DNA of 64,000 nt from the NCBI GenBank assembly GCA_965248835.1, contig CBDFLJ010000001.1:2221381-2285380 (forward strand), written 5' to 3'. Source of the DNA: Alphaproteobacteria bacterium (GTDB lineage Bacteria > Pseudomonadota > Alphaproteobacteria > MPNO01). Positions 17,626 to 28,205 of this stretch are shown piece by piece. Below the pieces are notes generated by a model that worked only from the letters and a program-made list of their open reading frames with translations, ran no database searches and had not been told where the DNA came from. Each line of letters starts with the position of its first letter. Positions within the stretch are counted from its first letter, which is position 1. The position numbers and the translations under genes are program-made.

Positions 17626-20363
17626 ATGGAATTCCGCTTCGACGCAACGCAGGAATACCAGCTCGCAGCCATCGAAGCCGTCTGCGGTCTGCTTGAAGGG
17701 CAGGCCTATGTCCGCAGCGAGCTGATCATACCGGACAACGGCGCGTTCTCCGCGATCGCCAACCGGCTCGACTTGTCGGAGGATACGCTGCTCAAGAACC
17801 TCCATACGGTTCAGGAGGACGCCGGGATAGAAGCCGACGACGGATTGAAGCTTATCACTGGTATGTTGCTCGACGAAGGTCCGGACGACAGGGACTCCGA
17901 GGTTCAGTTTCCAAACTTTTCCGTCGAGATGGAGACCGGGACGGGGAAGACCTATGTTTACTTGCGCACCTCGATGGAGATGTTCCGACGTTTCGGCCTG
18001 CGCAAGTTCATCATCGTCGTACCGTCCGTGGCCGTGCGCGAGGGCGTTTACAAGGCGCTCCAGGTCACCGAAGCTCATCTCAACGCGCTCTACGACAATC
18101 CGCCGTACCGCTACTACGTCTACGATTCGGCCAATCTGAGTCAGGTGCGCCAGTTTGCGCTCTCCGACGGGCTCGAGATCATGGTCATGACCATCGACGC
18201 CTTTGCGCGCGCCGAGAACGTCATCCGCCAATCGACGGACCGGCTGCAGGGCGAGCGGCCGCTAAGCCTGATCCAGGCCAGTCGGCCCGTACTGATCCTC
18301 GATGAGCCACAGAACATGGAAAGCGAGAACCGCATTTCGGCGCTCGCCAGCCTGCACCCGTTGTTCGCGTTGCGCTACAGCGCGACGCACCGGAATCCCT
18401 ACAACCTCATCTACGGTCTTACGCCTTACGACGCCTACCGGCAGGGACTTGTTAAGCGGATCGAGGTCGCCTCAGTAATCGAAGACGTCGTTGCGCTTGA
18501 GACAACCAGAACCAGCCCTTCCTGCGCCTCGACGAGATCAAAATCCAGTCGAAGAAGCCCGCAGCGCGGCTCGGAATTCACAAGCTGATGAAAAGCGGTG
18601 CGATCAAGGAAACCGTGCTGACCATTAAGGGCGACGACGACCTAGAGAAGAAGACCGGGCGTGTTGATTACCAAGGCTATGTCGTCGAAGAAATCAGCTA
18701 CGGCGGCAAGTTTGTTCGCTTCGCTAACAACGTCGAGCTTCGCATCGGTGAGGCGGTTGGCGTCGAGAAGGTGGCGATTTTCGAGGCGCAGCTTCGCTAT
18801 ACGATCGAGGAACATTTTCGCAAACAGGCGCGCTTCCGGGACCAAGGGATCAAGGTCCTTTCCCTGTTCTTCATCGACAGGGTTAACAACTATGTCGCGG
18901 AGGACGGGGTCATACGGGAACTGTTCGACGGCGCCTTCAACGAATTGAAGGCGTCGTATCCAGAGTGGCGCGACGGGAATCCCAAAGACGTGCGGGCCGC
19001 ATATTTCGCCACGAAGGCAAAGAGAGGCGGTGCGGTCGAGTACCTAGATACGACCGGCAAGAGCAAGGCGGACGAGGAAGCGTTCAGCCTAATCATGCAG
19101 CGCAAAGAGGACCTGCTGTCGTTCGAGGAGCCCGTGTCCTTCATCTTCTCGCACTCGGCCCTGCGAGAAGGCTGGGACAATCCGAATGTTTTCCAGATTT
19201 GCACCATGCGGGAGGTCGGCTCCGATACAGAACGTCGCCAGCAGGTCGGCCGCGGTGTTCGCCTACCAGTCAACCAGGAGGGCGAACGCATACAAGACGA
19301 GCGGATCAATGTGCTGACCGTCGTCGCAAGCGAGACCTACGAGCGGTTCGTCGCCGGACTGCAAAGCGAAATCGAGGCCGAATACGGCAAGGACGGCACG
19401 CCGCCGCCACCGCCGGATGCGCGCAAGAAGACGACGCTGCGGTTGCGCAAGGCGCATACGCTGAAGCCCGAGTTCAAGGAACTGTGGGACCGTATCAGGT
19501 ACAAGACGCGCTACGCAGTCACCATCGACAGCCACCGGCTTGTCGAGGATGTCCTGCCCGGCCTTGATGGCGCAGCGATCCGCAAACCGCGCGTGTCGAT
19601 CTCGAAGGCGGAAGTGATCGCCAACGACAAGGATACGTTTGAGGCGCTGACGCAGAGCGGCGCGCGGACCGCCATCGATCTTGCGGGCCGATACCCGCTT
19701 CCGAACCTCGTCGAGATCATGGAAAACCTGATGGAGAACACCTCACCGCCGATGCGCGTGAGTCGCCGGACGTTGTTGGAGATATTTCGGCGCACGGGCA
19801 ACCGCGAGGCAGCGCTGGACAATCCCCATGAATTCGCGACGGTGGCCATCGGCATCGTCAAGAGCAAACTCGCCGACCAGCTCGTCGAGGGGATTCGCTA
19901 CGAAAAGCTCGACAAATGGTACGAAATGACACTTTTCGACTCCGAGATCGAGACTTGGGCCGATTACATCGTGCCGAGTACGGAACGGAACGGCGCCGGT
20001 GGCACGCATATCTACGACGGCGTCCCGTTCGACTCCGAGACCATCGAGAAGCCGTTTATCGAAGCGCTGGAGAGGCGGAAGGACGTGAAGCTTTATGTCA
20101 AGCTTCCATCCTGGTTCACCGTCGCGACGCCGATCGGCGCCTACAACCCGGACTGGGCGATCGTCATGGAGAACCCGGACGGCAGCGACCTGCTCTATCT
20201 CATCCGTGAAACCAAGGGCACGCTCGACCTCGACGCGCTGCGCCCGGACGAGAAGCGTAAGATTTTGTGCGGACGGAAACATTTCCGGGACACGCTGGAG
20301 ATGGGGCAACGCGGCTACCGCGTCGTCACGGAAACCTCTCAGTTACCGGATGGAGGTGTCTAA
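17626..20363 (+). pseudogene. res: Type III restriction endonuclease (Res), frameshifted at ~18487-18500
   Basis: VEMETGTGKT, ILDEPQ and RYSATH in ORF1; SALREGWDNPNVFQIC, QQVGRGVRL and YNPDWAI...ETKG in ORF2. Removing 14 nt joins the frames. Confidence 0.9.
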
Positions 20364-20411
20364 TGCGGAATGGATGCTCCATGCCGACAAATTGCTTATC
20401 GAGCCTTCGCC

Positions 20412-22244
20412 ATGCGAATTGATCGCGTCCAGATAGAGGAAGGCTTCCTTGACGGTCTCGACGTATCGTTTGCATCGGGGCTTAACGTCATTATCGGCGA
20501 GCGCGGGACAGGTAAGACATCGCTTATCGAACTCGTCCGGTTTTGCCTCGGTGTGCAGGGGTCCACGCCAGACTCGGATAAACGGAGCCTGGATCACGCG
20601 CGCTCCATACTGGGGAGCGGTCGGGTGACGGTCTCGCTGTCCGATGGCGAGCAGAAAATACTGGTGACACGCACCGCTTCCGATGAGTCGCCCCGCGCAT
20701 CGGCTCCGTACGTTCGCCCGATCATTTTTTCGCAGACTGAAATTGAAACCGTCGGACTTCAGGCTCAAGGTCGAATCGGGCTGCTCGACGGTTTCGCTGG
20801 CGACCAAAAGGAAACGGAGGCCCGCGAGTCCGAGGCGGCTTCAGAAGTACGCTCCCTCACTGCCGAAGCGGAAGCGCTGTGTCGCGAGATCGACGAACTC
20901 GCGAGCCAGGTAGAGGAAATCCCCGCCCTTAACAAGCAAATTGCCGAACTCGTCCCGCAGGAACACAAACTGGCCAAGGTTTCCGCGGACGTCAACGAAA
21001 AGAAGAACCAGCTCGACGCGATCTCCGCCAATATCGCCGCATCCGCCGTCGGCGTCGGCGCGATCGAGCGATTTCACCATTCCGTTTCCAGGTGGCAATC
21101 AACGCTTTCGTCCGCTCCACCCCCTCTTGAACCTTGGCCGGAAGACGCCGGGCCCGATCCGCTCGAGAAATGTCGCGCAAGCGTCAAGCGCGCCAAAAAT
21201 CACCTGAACAAGGCTCTCCGGGAACTACAGAGCGCCCTGTCCGAAGCGGAGTCGCATCTTCGATCATCGCACGGCAACAAGCTCAACATCGAAGATCGTG
21301 CCAGGCAATTGCGCAAGGAGGTCGAGACTTTTCAGGAAGGGGCGGGTGCGATTGTCCGTCAGGGGCAGCAGCTCCGAGAGCGCAAGGCACAACTAGAATC
21401 GCTCAAGAACGTACTAGCCGAGCGGCAGAAAGCGCTCAAGTCCCTTCTTGCGCAGCGCAACGCCGCTCTGGACCGACTGGATTCGATCAGGGAACAGCGC
21501 TTCAGCGTGCGCAACGCTGTGGCCACGCAACTGACCGAAACCCTCGGACCGCGCATCCGCGTCAAGATCTCCCGCGCTGGACAGTTCGAAGCCTTTGCAG
21601 CTGCCATAGCCGCCGCGCTGCGCGGCAGCGGCCTGCGCTACAACGAACTTTCCTCGACTCTCGCCGGAAACGTCAGTCCGCGCGAGCTGCTCGAAGCGGT
21701 GGACACAAATGATTTTGATCTTATCGCCGAAGCCACAGGAATCACGAAGGACCGGGCCGCGCGCGCGTTAGGTCAGTTGCGCGAATGCGATCTCGGTGCA
21801 CTGGCCACTGTTGCCGTAGAGGATACCGTCGCGTTGCAGCTTCTCGACGGCGCGGATTACAAGGGCATCGTCGAGGTGTCCACCGGGCAGCGCTGTACAG
21901 TGGTTCTTCCGCTCGTCCTCCGGCATACCGAACGAGTCCTCATCGTCGATCAACCCGAGGACCATATCGACAACGCGTTCATCACGGATACGCTGATCGT
22001 CTCTGTACTCGCGCGGGGACCGGACAGCCAGATCATCTTCTCGACGCATAACGCGAACATCCCTGTGCTGGGGAACGCGGATCGGGTGGTACAGCTCGGC
22101 TCCGACGGGAGGCGCGGGTTCCCCGTCCTGGCATCGAATCTCGACGATCCGCCCGTCGTTAACGCGATAACGACTGTCATGGAAGGTGGCGCCGACGCCT
22201 TCAAACAGCGCGCGACATTCTACAGCCGCTACGAAACGCCATGA
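20412..22244 (+). CDS. ABC/SMC-like ATPase with long coiled coil
   Basis: Walker A GERGTGKT, Q-loop FSQTEIE, signature VSTGQR, Walker B/D-loop LIVDQPEDHIDN, H-loop STHNANIPV. Confidence 0.93.
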   Translation: MRIDRVQIEEGFLDGLDVSFASGLNVIIGERGTGKTSLIELVRFCLGVQGSTPDSDKRSLDHARSILGSGRVTVSLSDGEQKILVTRTASDESPRASAPYVRPIIFSQTEIETVGLQAQGRIGLLDGFAGDQKETEARESEAASEVRSLTAEAEALCREIDELASQVEEIPALNKQIAELVPQEHKLAKVSADVNEKKNQLDAISANIAASAVGVGAIERFHHSVSRWQSTLSSAPPPLEPWPEDAGPDPLEKCRASVKRAKNHLNKALRELQSALSEAESHLRSSHGNKLNIEDRARQLRKEVETFQEGAGAIVRQGQQLRERKAQLESLKNVLAERQKALKSLLAQRNAALDRLDSIREQRFSVRNAVATQLTETLGPRIRVKISRAGQFEAFAAAIAAALRGSGLRYNELSSTLAGNVSPRELLEAVDTNDFDLIAEATGITKDRAARALGQLRECDLGALATVAVEDTVALQLLDGADYKGIVEVSTGQRCTVVLPLVLRHTERVLIVDQPEDHIDNAFITDTLIVSVLARGPDSQIIFSTHNANIPVLGNADRVVQLGSDGRRGFPVLASNLDDPPVVNAITTVMEGGADAFKQRATFYSRYETP

Positions 22245-24070
22245 CGCGGCAAGAGGCGCTAGACACGCTCTTGTCCAGCTCTGCACATGACCGGCTGAAG
22301 GCCGTGCGCTTCCTTGTACACAACAGCAACCCGTCCGATCTTCAGGCCCTGCGTGACACTCTTAGAGCCGATCCGGAAAGTTTGAATCTATGGTGAGTGT
22401 GTTGCGGCGAGTCTGCGCAGCATGATGCGGATCATGGCGAGTCGGATGAAGGCGACGACGGATCGAACGTGACGTTCGAAGTCGCGAGCGAGGCGCCTGT
22501 TGCGGCTGATCCAGGCGAAGGTGCGTTCGACAATCCAACGCTTTGGCAGCACCTCGAAGCGGGGCACGTCGTTGCGCTTGACGATCTCGAGCCGCCACCC
22601 CCCGGTCTTGGCGACAGTCGCGGCCATCTTCGGTCCCTGATAGCCGCCGTCGGCGTAGATCACCTCGATGAATGGGAACCGTCGCCGGGTGCGGCGCAAG
22701 AGCTCGTGGGCACCGTCGCGATCCTGAACGTCGCCGGAATGCACCACGATGCCCAGCATCAGGCCGAGCGTGTCGACCATGATGTGCCGCTTGCGACCGG
22801 TGACCTTCTTGCCCGCATCGAAGCCTTGATCGTCGATCGACGCCCCCCTTTTTGCGCCGCCTTGGCGCTCTGGCTGTCGATGACCGCGGCCGACGGGCTG
22901 GCTTCGCGTCCTTCCTCATCGCGCACCGCGACGTAGAGTTCATGATGGATCCGCTCCAGCGTGCCATCCCACTCCCATAGATCGAAATAGTCGTACACCG
23001 TCGACTTCGGCGGCAGATCCTTGGGCAGTGCATTCCACTGGCAGCCCGTGGACAGCACGGTGAAGATGCCGTTCAGAACCTCGCGCACGTCGACTGAGCG
23101 CTTGCGCCCGCCGCGCTTGGCAGGCGGGATCATTGGCGCGATCAGCGCCCACTCGGCGTCGGTCAGATCACTCGGATAGCGAAGTCCGCGACGCTCCGCC
23201 GCGCGGCGGTGTTCCGCAGTCCACATCGGGCTTCCTCCTGTAAACCGGATGCCCAGCACAGAATCACAAACGATTCTTCCGATTCAAGAACTTTCCGGAA
23301 GGGCTCTTAGAAGCGAAACCGTTTCCTATGTACGCACCGGTCTGGAGCTTGCTATCAAGCGGGCGTCGAATATTGCATCTCCTGAAGTTGAATCTACCTC
23401 GGAGGAATTTGAGATTCCTCCAGATGTACGGGGCCAAATTCGGAACGAGGTCACGGAGGAAGTCACCGGGCAAATCCTGCACGAGATTGCGTCCCCCGTC
23501 GGTCTGATCGCTTCAGCCGCCGCGCGTGAAATCCCTGACTATGAGCATTCTAGGACCAGAAAACATGTAGAAAACCTGAAGCGGGTTTTCGAGGCGATCG
23601 AACAACTGAAAAGCGCTGCGGCGGTTCCAAGGCCCGAAGAATTCGATCTGGCCGAACTGCTTGCCGAGATTGTATCGGAGGCAGTCGGAAGCGACCCAGT
23701 ACAAGTCTCGTTGCATGGCACAAAGCCGATGTTGGTCACATCCGACCGCGCCCTGCTACGACTGGCGGTCTCCAACGGCATACGAAATGCAGTTGAAGCC
23801 GTTACTGGCGCTCCCGGCGACGAACCACATCCGATCATTGTGGCCTGGGGCGCAACCGACGTCGATTACTGGGTCACGGTGTTGGATCGTGGCCCTGGGG
23901 TGGTCGGTCCGGCGGAATCCGCCTTCGGTATCGGCAAGACCACAAAGAAGGGACATAGCGGGTTCGGACTGACCATCGCCAGGCAGGCGATCGAGACGTT
24001 GGGAGGCATGTGCACGTTGCAGCCTGTGACGGAAGGCGGCGCCCGGTTCGAGTTACGGTGGGAACGATGA
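22241..24070 (+). pseudogene. Soluble histidine kinase with HEAT-like N-terminus (294 aa once the IS is removed), interrupted by IS5
   Basis: ATG overlaps the ATPase stop. MTRQEALDTL...LRDTL joins in frame to RSETVSYVR. H-box LHEIASP, N-box NGIRNAVEA, DRGPG and GHSGFGL are present; no TM. Confidence 0.88.
22365..23306 (-). mobile_element. IS5 family element (IS1031/IS427-like), complete, 942 bp
   Basis: IRs GAGCCGATCCGGAAAGT / GAGCCCTTCCGGAAAGT; TTA target duplication (22362-64, 23307-09). Transposase in two frames (YPSDLTDAEW; KRWIVERTFAW) joined at AAAAAGGGGGG ~22843-22853. Confidence 0.95.
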
Positions 24071-25494
24071 CGCTGCATTTGCTCATCGTTGAGGACGACG
24101 AAGACTTCGTCGAAGAGCTGCGCGAGACTATAGCGCTCCTGCCCGGTGACAGCGATATCCGAGTCGCCCGCAGCCGAGACCAAGCGTACGAGATGTTGGA
24201 GGACGGTTTTCTTGACCTGGTGACACTCGATCTCAAAATACCGACGGTCAGCGGCGCTCTCGATGCTCACCCGGAACACGGGCATGCCGTCTTCAACCGG
24301 ATTCGTAAGGTTGCGCCCGGCACGCCGATCTTCGTGCTGACCGGCTCGCCTGCCGAGGACTTTCTTCCTGAGCTGTTGATGAACCAGCAACGGATCGACG
24401 TCTGGAGCGAAGGGGAGGCGACCGGGACCATCCTATTCCTCAAGAAATACGACATTGACAGGTGTCCGGAAGTTCTGAAGCCGATCGCACAGGCGATCGA
24501 TCGCCTGTCAGATGTAGAACTGGAGGGAGGGGGTCTCAACTTGAGTCTCGCCGAAGACCGGCTGATTCGGATATTCGCGAGGAAGTTTCAGGGGGTGCGT
24601 TGCACCGTATCTGAACTCGGGGGCGGCCTGTCGGGCGCCCGCGTCATCCGCCTCCGCGTTACCGACCACCAGGGCGTACTGGTGCATGATGCCGTGGCGA
24701 AACTCTCGACGCCCGCTGATATTCAGAGGGAGGGCGGCTGCTACGACGCACACCTGACCCGGCTCGCCCCTGCCGCTACGCCGAGAATGCTTGCTACCCT
24801 GAAATACGGAGCACACAAACTGGCAGGGATTTTCTTCGGTCTTGCTGAGGGATCGGACGCATCCGCGTTCGATATCGCCGGCAGTTCGCCTGAGAGGGCC
24901 GAAGCCATAATTCGAAGCGTGGAAACCGCGATGGCACCATGGGTAAACGGGGTTCCGGAGACACGCACGACGATCCGGCGGATTCGACAGCGGCTTCTCA
25001 ATGACCAGTACCTCGACCAAGTTCGGGATTCATTTGATCTCGACTGGATTCAGAATTTCGAACACCGAGAAATACAAACGCGGTGGGCGTGCAGTCACGG
25101 GGACCTTCACGGTAAGAATATTATTGTGTCACCCGCCGGCACGGAGTTGATCGACTACGGCGATGTGGGCGATGGCCCGGCGAGCTTGGACCCTATCACA
25201 CTCGAACTGAGTTTGCTCTTTCATCCCGACGCACCCGACAAGGACGGCCCATGGCCCTCCGCTTTACAGGCTAACGCGTGGGGGGATCTGGAGGTCTACC
25301 TCGACCGCTGTCCGTTCCCCGATTTCGTGCGGGAATGTCGAGCCTGGGCCTTGCGCGTGACCGCCGGGAACAGGGAAGTTGCGGCGTCGGCATACAGCTA
25401 CCTGGTAAGGCAGCTCAAATACGAAGATACGGACAAGGATCTCGCTCTCGCTTTACTTGACGGTGTCCGATCCTTTTACGACAGAAGCTCATGA
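24067..25494 (+). CDS. Response-regulator receiver domain fused to a protein-kinase-like (APH-type) domain
   Basis: REC: LLIVEDD, LVTLDLKIP, FVLTG, FLKK. Kinase: GGGLSGARV, VAKL, HGDLHGKNI, LIDYG. ATGA overlap with the HK. Confidence 0.9.
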   Translation: MTLHLLIVEDDEDFVEELRETIALLPGDSDIRVARSRDQAYEMLEDGFLDLVTLDLKIPTVSGALDAHPEHGHAVFNRIRKVAPGTPIFVLTGSPAEDFLPELLMNQQRIDVWSEGEATGTILFLKKYDIDRCPEVLKPIAQAIDRLSDVELEGGGLNLSLAEDRLIRIFARKFQGVRCTVSELGGGLSGARVIRLRVTDHQGVLVHDAVAKLSTPADIQREGGCYDAHLTRLAPAATPRMLATLKYGAHKLAGIFFGLAEGSDASAFDIAGSSPERAEAIIRSVETAMAPWVNGVPETRTTIRRIRQRLLNDQYLDQVRDSFDLDWIQNFEHREIQTRWACSHGDLHGKNIIVSPAGTELIDYGDVGDGPASLDPITLELSLLFHPDAPDKDGPWPSALQANAWGDLEVYLDRCPFPDFVRECRAWALRVTAGNREVAASAYSYLVRQLKYEDTDKDLALALLDGVRSFYDRSS

Positions 25495-25766
25495 TCGTCA
25501 TGTCGCAATAACAAACGCCGTTCTTCCACGCGCTCTGGCGCGCCACCGCTGCCGGTCCGACGCAATGCTCGAAGCAGAAGCTGGTCGACTGAATATAGAA
25601 GCACACGTCCAACGGCGTGAGGTGCTGGAGGCCCTCTCTGGCACGCCGATCGCGGCCTACATTACTCTCCGGGATTTCGAGCGAGCGGGCCCGCGGTCTT
25701 GCATGTCGGTGCACTCCGGGGGCTTCCCGGCCTTAACCGGCTCCGGCGACTTCGATCCATGGACCG

Positions 25767-26050
25767 TCAATTCACCACGGCATCGGCGTCTGGCTCCTGT
25801 GCCGGACCGCCGTTGAGGACCGACGCGGTATTGGATGTCACCCGCTCGGCCGCGGCCTTGACCGGGTCCGCGGCGAGGTGGGCGTAGCGCGCCGTGGTCT
25901 GGACCTGGGTGTGGCCGAGCAACTTGCCGATCATCGGCAGGCTTTCGCCAAGGGCCACGCCGCCCGACGCGAAGCTGTGGCGGAGGTCGGTGAGGCCGAC
26001 CGGCAAATCGAGATGCCGCCTTTGGGCCGCGACGAACAGAAACGTCATCC
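25767..26050 (-). pseudogene. Diverged duplicate of the integrase 3' end
   Basis: DLRHSFAS..VALGESLPMIGKLLGHTQVQTTARYAHLAADPVK is near-identical to the C-terminus of 26446-27783; downstream flank also similar. Confidence 0.85.
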
Positions 26051-26166
26051 GCCAGTTTCCCGCGGCCTGCCGCGCGCACGACCTCCCGAACACGCGCACG
26101 ATTTCGCTCCCTCATGATTCCATAGTGATTCCATGGGCCGAAACTTCGATGCTGGCCAGACAAGCA

Positions 26167-26199
26167 AAAGCCCGTTAAGTCTTTGACTTAACGGGCTTT
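26167..26199. terminator. Perfect 15-bp hairpin downstream of the tRNA fragment
   Basis: AAAGCCCGTTAAGTC-TTT-GACTTAACGGGCTTT. Confidence 0.85.
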
Positions 26200-26202
26200 A
26201 TT

Positions 26203-26247
26203 TGGTTGCGGGGGTTGGATTTGAACCAACGACCTTCAGGTTATGAG
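26203..26247 (-). other. tRNA-Met(CAT) 3' half (att site)
   Basis: CTCATAACCTGAAGGTCGTTGGTTCAAATCCAACCCCCGCAACCA; no 5' half. Confidence 0.9.
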
Positions 26248-26445
26248 GTGACATCTCCGCCGCAGCGCGCGCGGGCCGTGCCTCCATCCCAAAGCCGCCT
26301 CGAGACTGGCGGACACGTCGTCTGCTACCTGCTTGACCGGATCCGCCGCGAGGTGGGCGTAGCGCGCCGAGGTCTCGACCTGGGAGCGCCCCGGGGGGCT
26401 TCCCGGCCTTGAACGAGCCCGGACGACGCTGACACGATAGACCCG

Positions 26446-27783
26446 TCAAATCACGGCAGCATCGGTGTCTTGATCTTGCCCGCCGCCGAGGATGGACGCG
26501 ATATTGGACGTCACCCGCTCGGCCGCGGCCTTGACCGGGTCCGCGGCGAGGTGGGCGTAGCGCGCCGTCGTCTGGACCTGGGTGTGGCCGAGCAGCTTGC
26601 CGATCATCGGCAGGCTTTCGCCAAGAGCCACGGCGCCCGACGCGAAGCTGTGGCGGAGGTCGTGGATACGGACATCCACAAGACCGGCCCGCAATTCGAG
26701 ATGCCGTTCTCGGGCCTCGGCGAGGCACTCATCGTAAGTCGGCTCCCGGCCGAGGTCGCGCTCGAGCCGCTCCACCAGGGCGGCCGCCTCGCTGCCCACG
26801 GCGCGGGCCCAGAGGCGGACCGTCGCGCGCTTGCGCATTCGCTGCCAGGGCGGTTGCAGGTCGGTCCGGCGCGAGCGCGGAATGCGGCCGCAGATGACCC
26901 AGGGATTGCCGAGCTGGCGCGTGATGCCCGCGAGCACATCGAGGGCGGGTTGGCCGAGATGAACTACGCGCGCTCCGGTCTTGGTGTCGGACAGCCGCAG
27001 GCAGTGGCCGGCCTCATCGACATCATCCCACCTCAGCGTCATGATCTCGTTGAGCCGGCAGCCGGTGAAGATCAGCAACCGGATGGCGGCGACGGCGTAT
27101 TCGTCCGCGAGACCTTCCCGCTCGGCCCGCGCCAACGCTTCGCCCAGGGCGGCGAGTTCGGCCGGGCTCAGGTAGCGCTCGCGCTTCTCCTCGGGGTACT
27201 TCTTGATATGCCGGCGCGGGTTCGATCCGTCCGGCCGCAGACCCCACATCTCCGCAAGGTTGAACATCTTGGAGATGATCTCGAGGTTTCGGTTGGCCTG
27301 GTAGGGGAGGTGGCGGAGCCCGTGGTGGAAGCGGGCGATGTCGGCCCGGACCACGTCGGCCACCGTGAGCCGGCCCAGGGCCGGGAGGATGAAGCGGCGG
27401 AGGTTGCGGCGGTATTCCCGCGCCGTGCTTGGCTTGAGACGAACGGCGATGTGCTCCTCGTCGAACCGCTTGGCGAGGTCGGCGACGCTCAACGCACCGC
27501 GATCGACTCGCCTGTCGTGGGCCGGATCCTCACCACGCTCGACGGCCGCCAGGGCCTGGCGGGCCAACCGCCGTGCTTGCTCGGGCGTCAGGACGCCATG
27601 CCGGCCGAGCGTGAACTTACGGGACTGCCGGCGCCCATTCCGGTACTGGATGACATAGGCCCTTACTCCGCTGGGCTTGACTCGAACGCCGAAGCCCGGA
27701 AGGTCCTTGTCCCACACCCACAGGTCCGTTCCGGCCTCCGGGGTGAGGTCTTCGACGAGCCGCTTGGTGATCTTCGCCTTCAT
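26446..27783 (-). CDS. Tyrosine integrase with N-terminal arm-binding domain
   Basis: VWDKDLPGFGVRV..SG, TGCRLNEI, KTG, HDLRHSFAS, LLGH...TARYAH. Confidence 0.95.
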   Translation of the reverse strand: MKAKITKRLVEDLTPEAGTDLWVWDKDLPGFGVRVKPSGVRAYVIQYRNGRRQSRKFTLGRHGVLTPEQARRLARQALAAVERGEDPAHDRRVDRGALSVADLAKRFDEEHIAVRLKPSTAREYRRNLRRFILPALGRLTVADVVRADIARFHHGLRHLPYQANRNLEIISKMFNLAEMWGLRPDGSNPRRHIKKYPEEKRERYLSPAELAALGEALARAEREGLADEYAVAAIRLLIFTGCRLNEIMTLRWDDVDEAGHCLRLSDTKTGARVVHLGQPALDVLAGITRQLGNPWVICGRIPRSRRTDLQPPWQRMRKRATVRLWARAVGSEAAALVERLERDLGREPTYDECLAEARERHLELRAGLVDVRIHDLRHSFASGAVALGESLPMIGKLLGHTQVQTTARYAHLAADPVKAAAERVTSNIASILGGGQDQDTDAAVI

Positions 27784-27960
27784 CGGTCTCCTCCGTTTGG
27801 CCTGCTCCCCGGGGGAGCACTGGGGGAGCAGGAGGGCGCGTTTCGGCGCGCAAAAGGGTGAAGATCAGAGTAAGGCGTTCAAAGAAAAAATCAAGTAAGT
27901 CTTTGTTATTTCATACTATTTCGTATTTGTTCGTAGTAACGAGAAAGTACTGAGCCACGA

Positions 27961-28005
27961 CTCATAACCTGAAGGTCGTAGGTTCAAATCCTACCCCCGC
28001 AACCA
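27961..28005 (+). other. tRNA-Met(CAT) 3' half (att site), inverted relative to 26203-26247
   Basis: CTCATAACCTGAAGGTCGTAGGTTCAAATCCTACCCCCGCAACCA; flanked by short direct repeats GGGGAGCA (~27812-27830) and TGGGAATC (~28076-28094). Confidence 0.9.
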
Positions 28006-28205
28006 AAACAAATACCTGAAAATGCTGATGTTTTCAGGGGTTTTCTTATCCTAGAACATGTTGGAAATATTCAACTGGGAATCTATTGGGAATCACGCGG
28101 AATCTGGAGGGTTCTGTGAGGTCGCGCAGCTCGAACGGCGGAGGATGGCGCGGGACGCGAGCTCATTGAAGCCGGATTGAACGAAGCCGCGGGATGGCGG
28201 GCGGG

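Noticed and set aside
26203-28005. Functional tRNA-Met genes
   Set aside because: Only the anticodon loop through CCA is present; the 5' acceptor strand and D-arm are missing in both copies.
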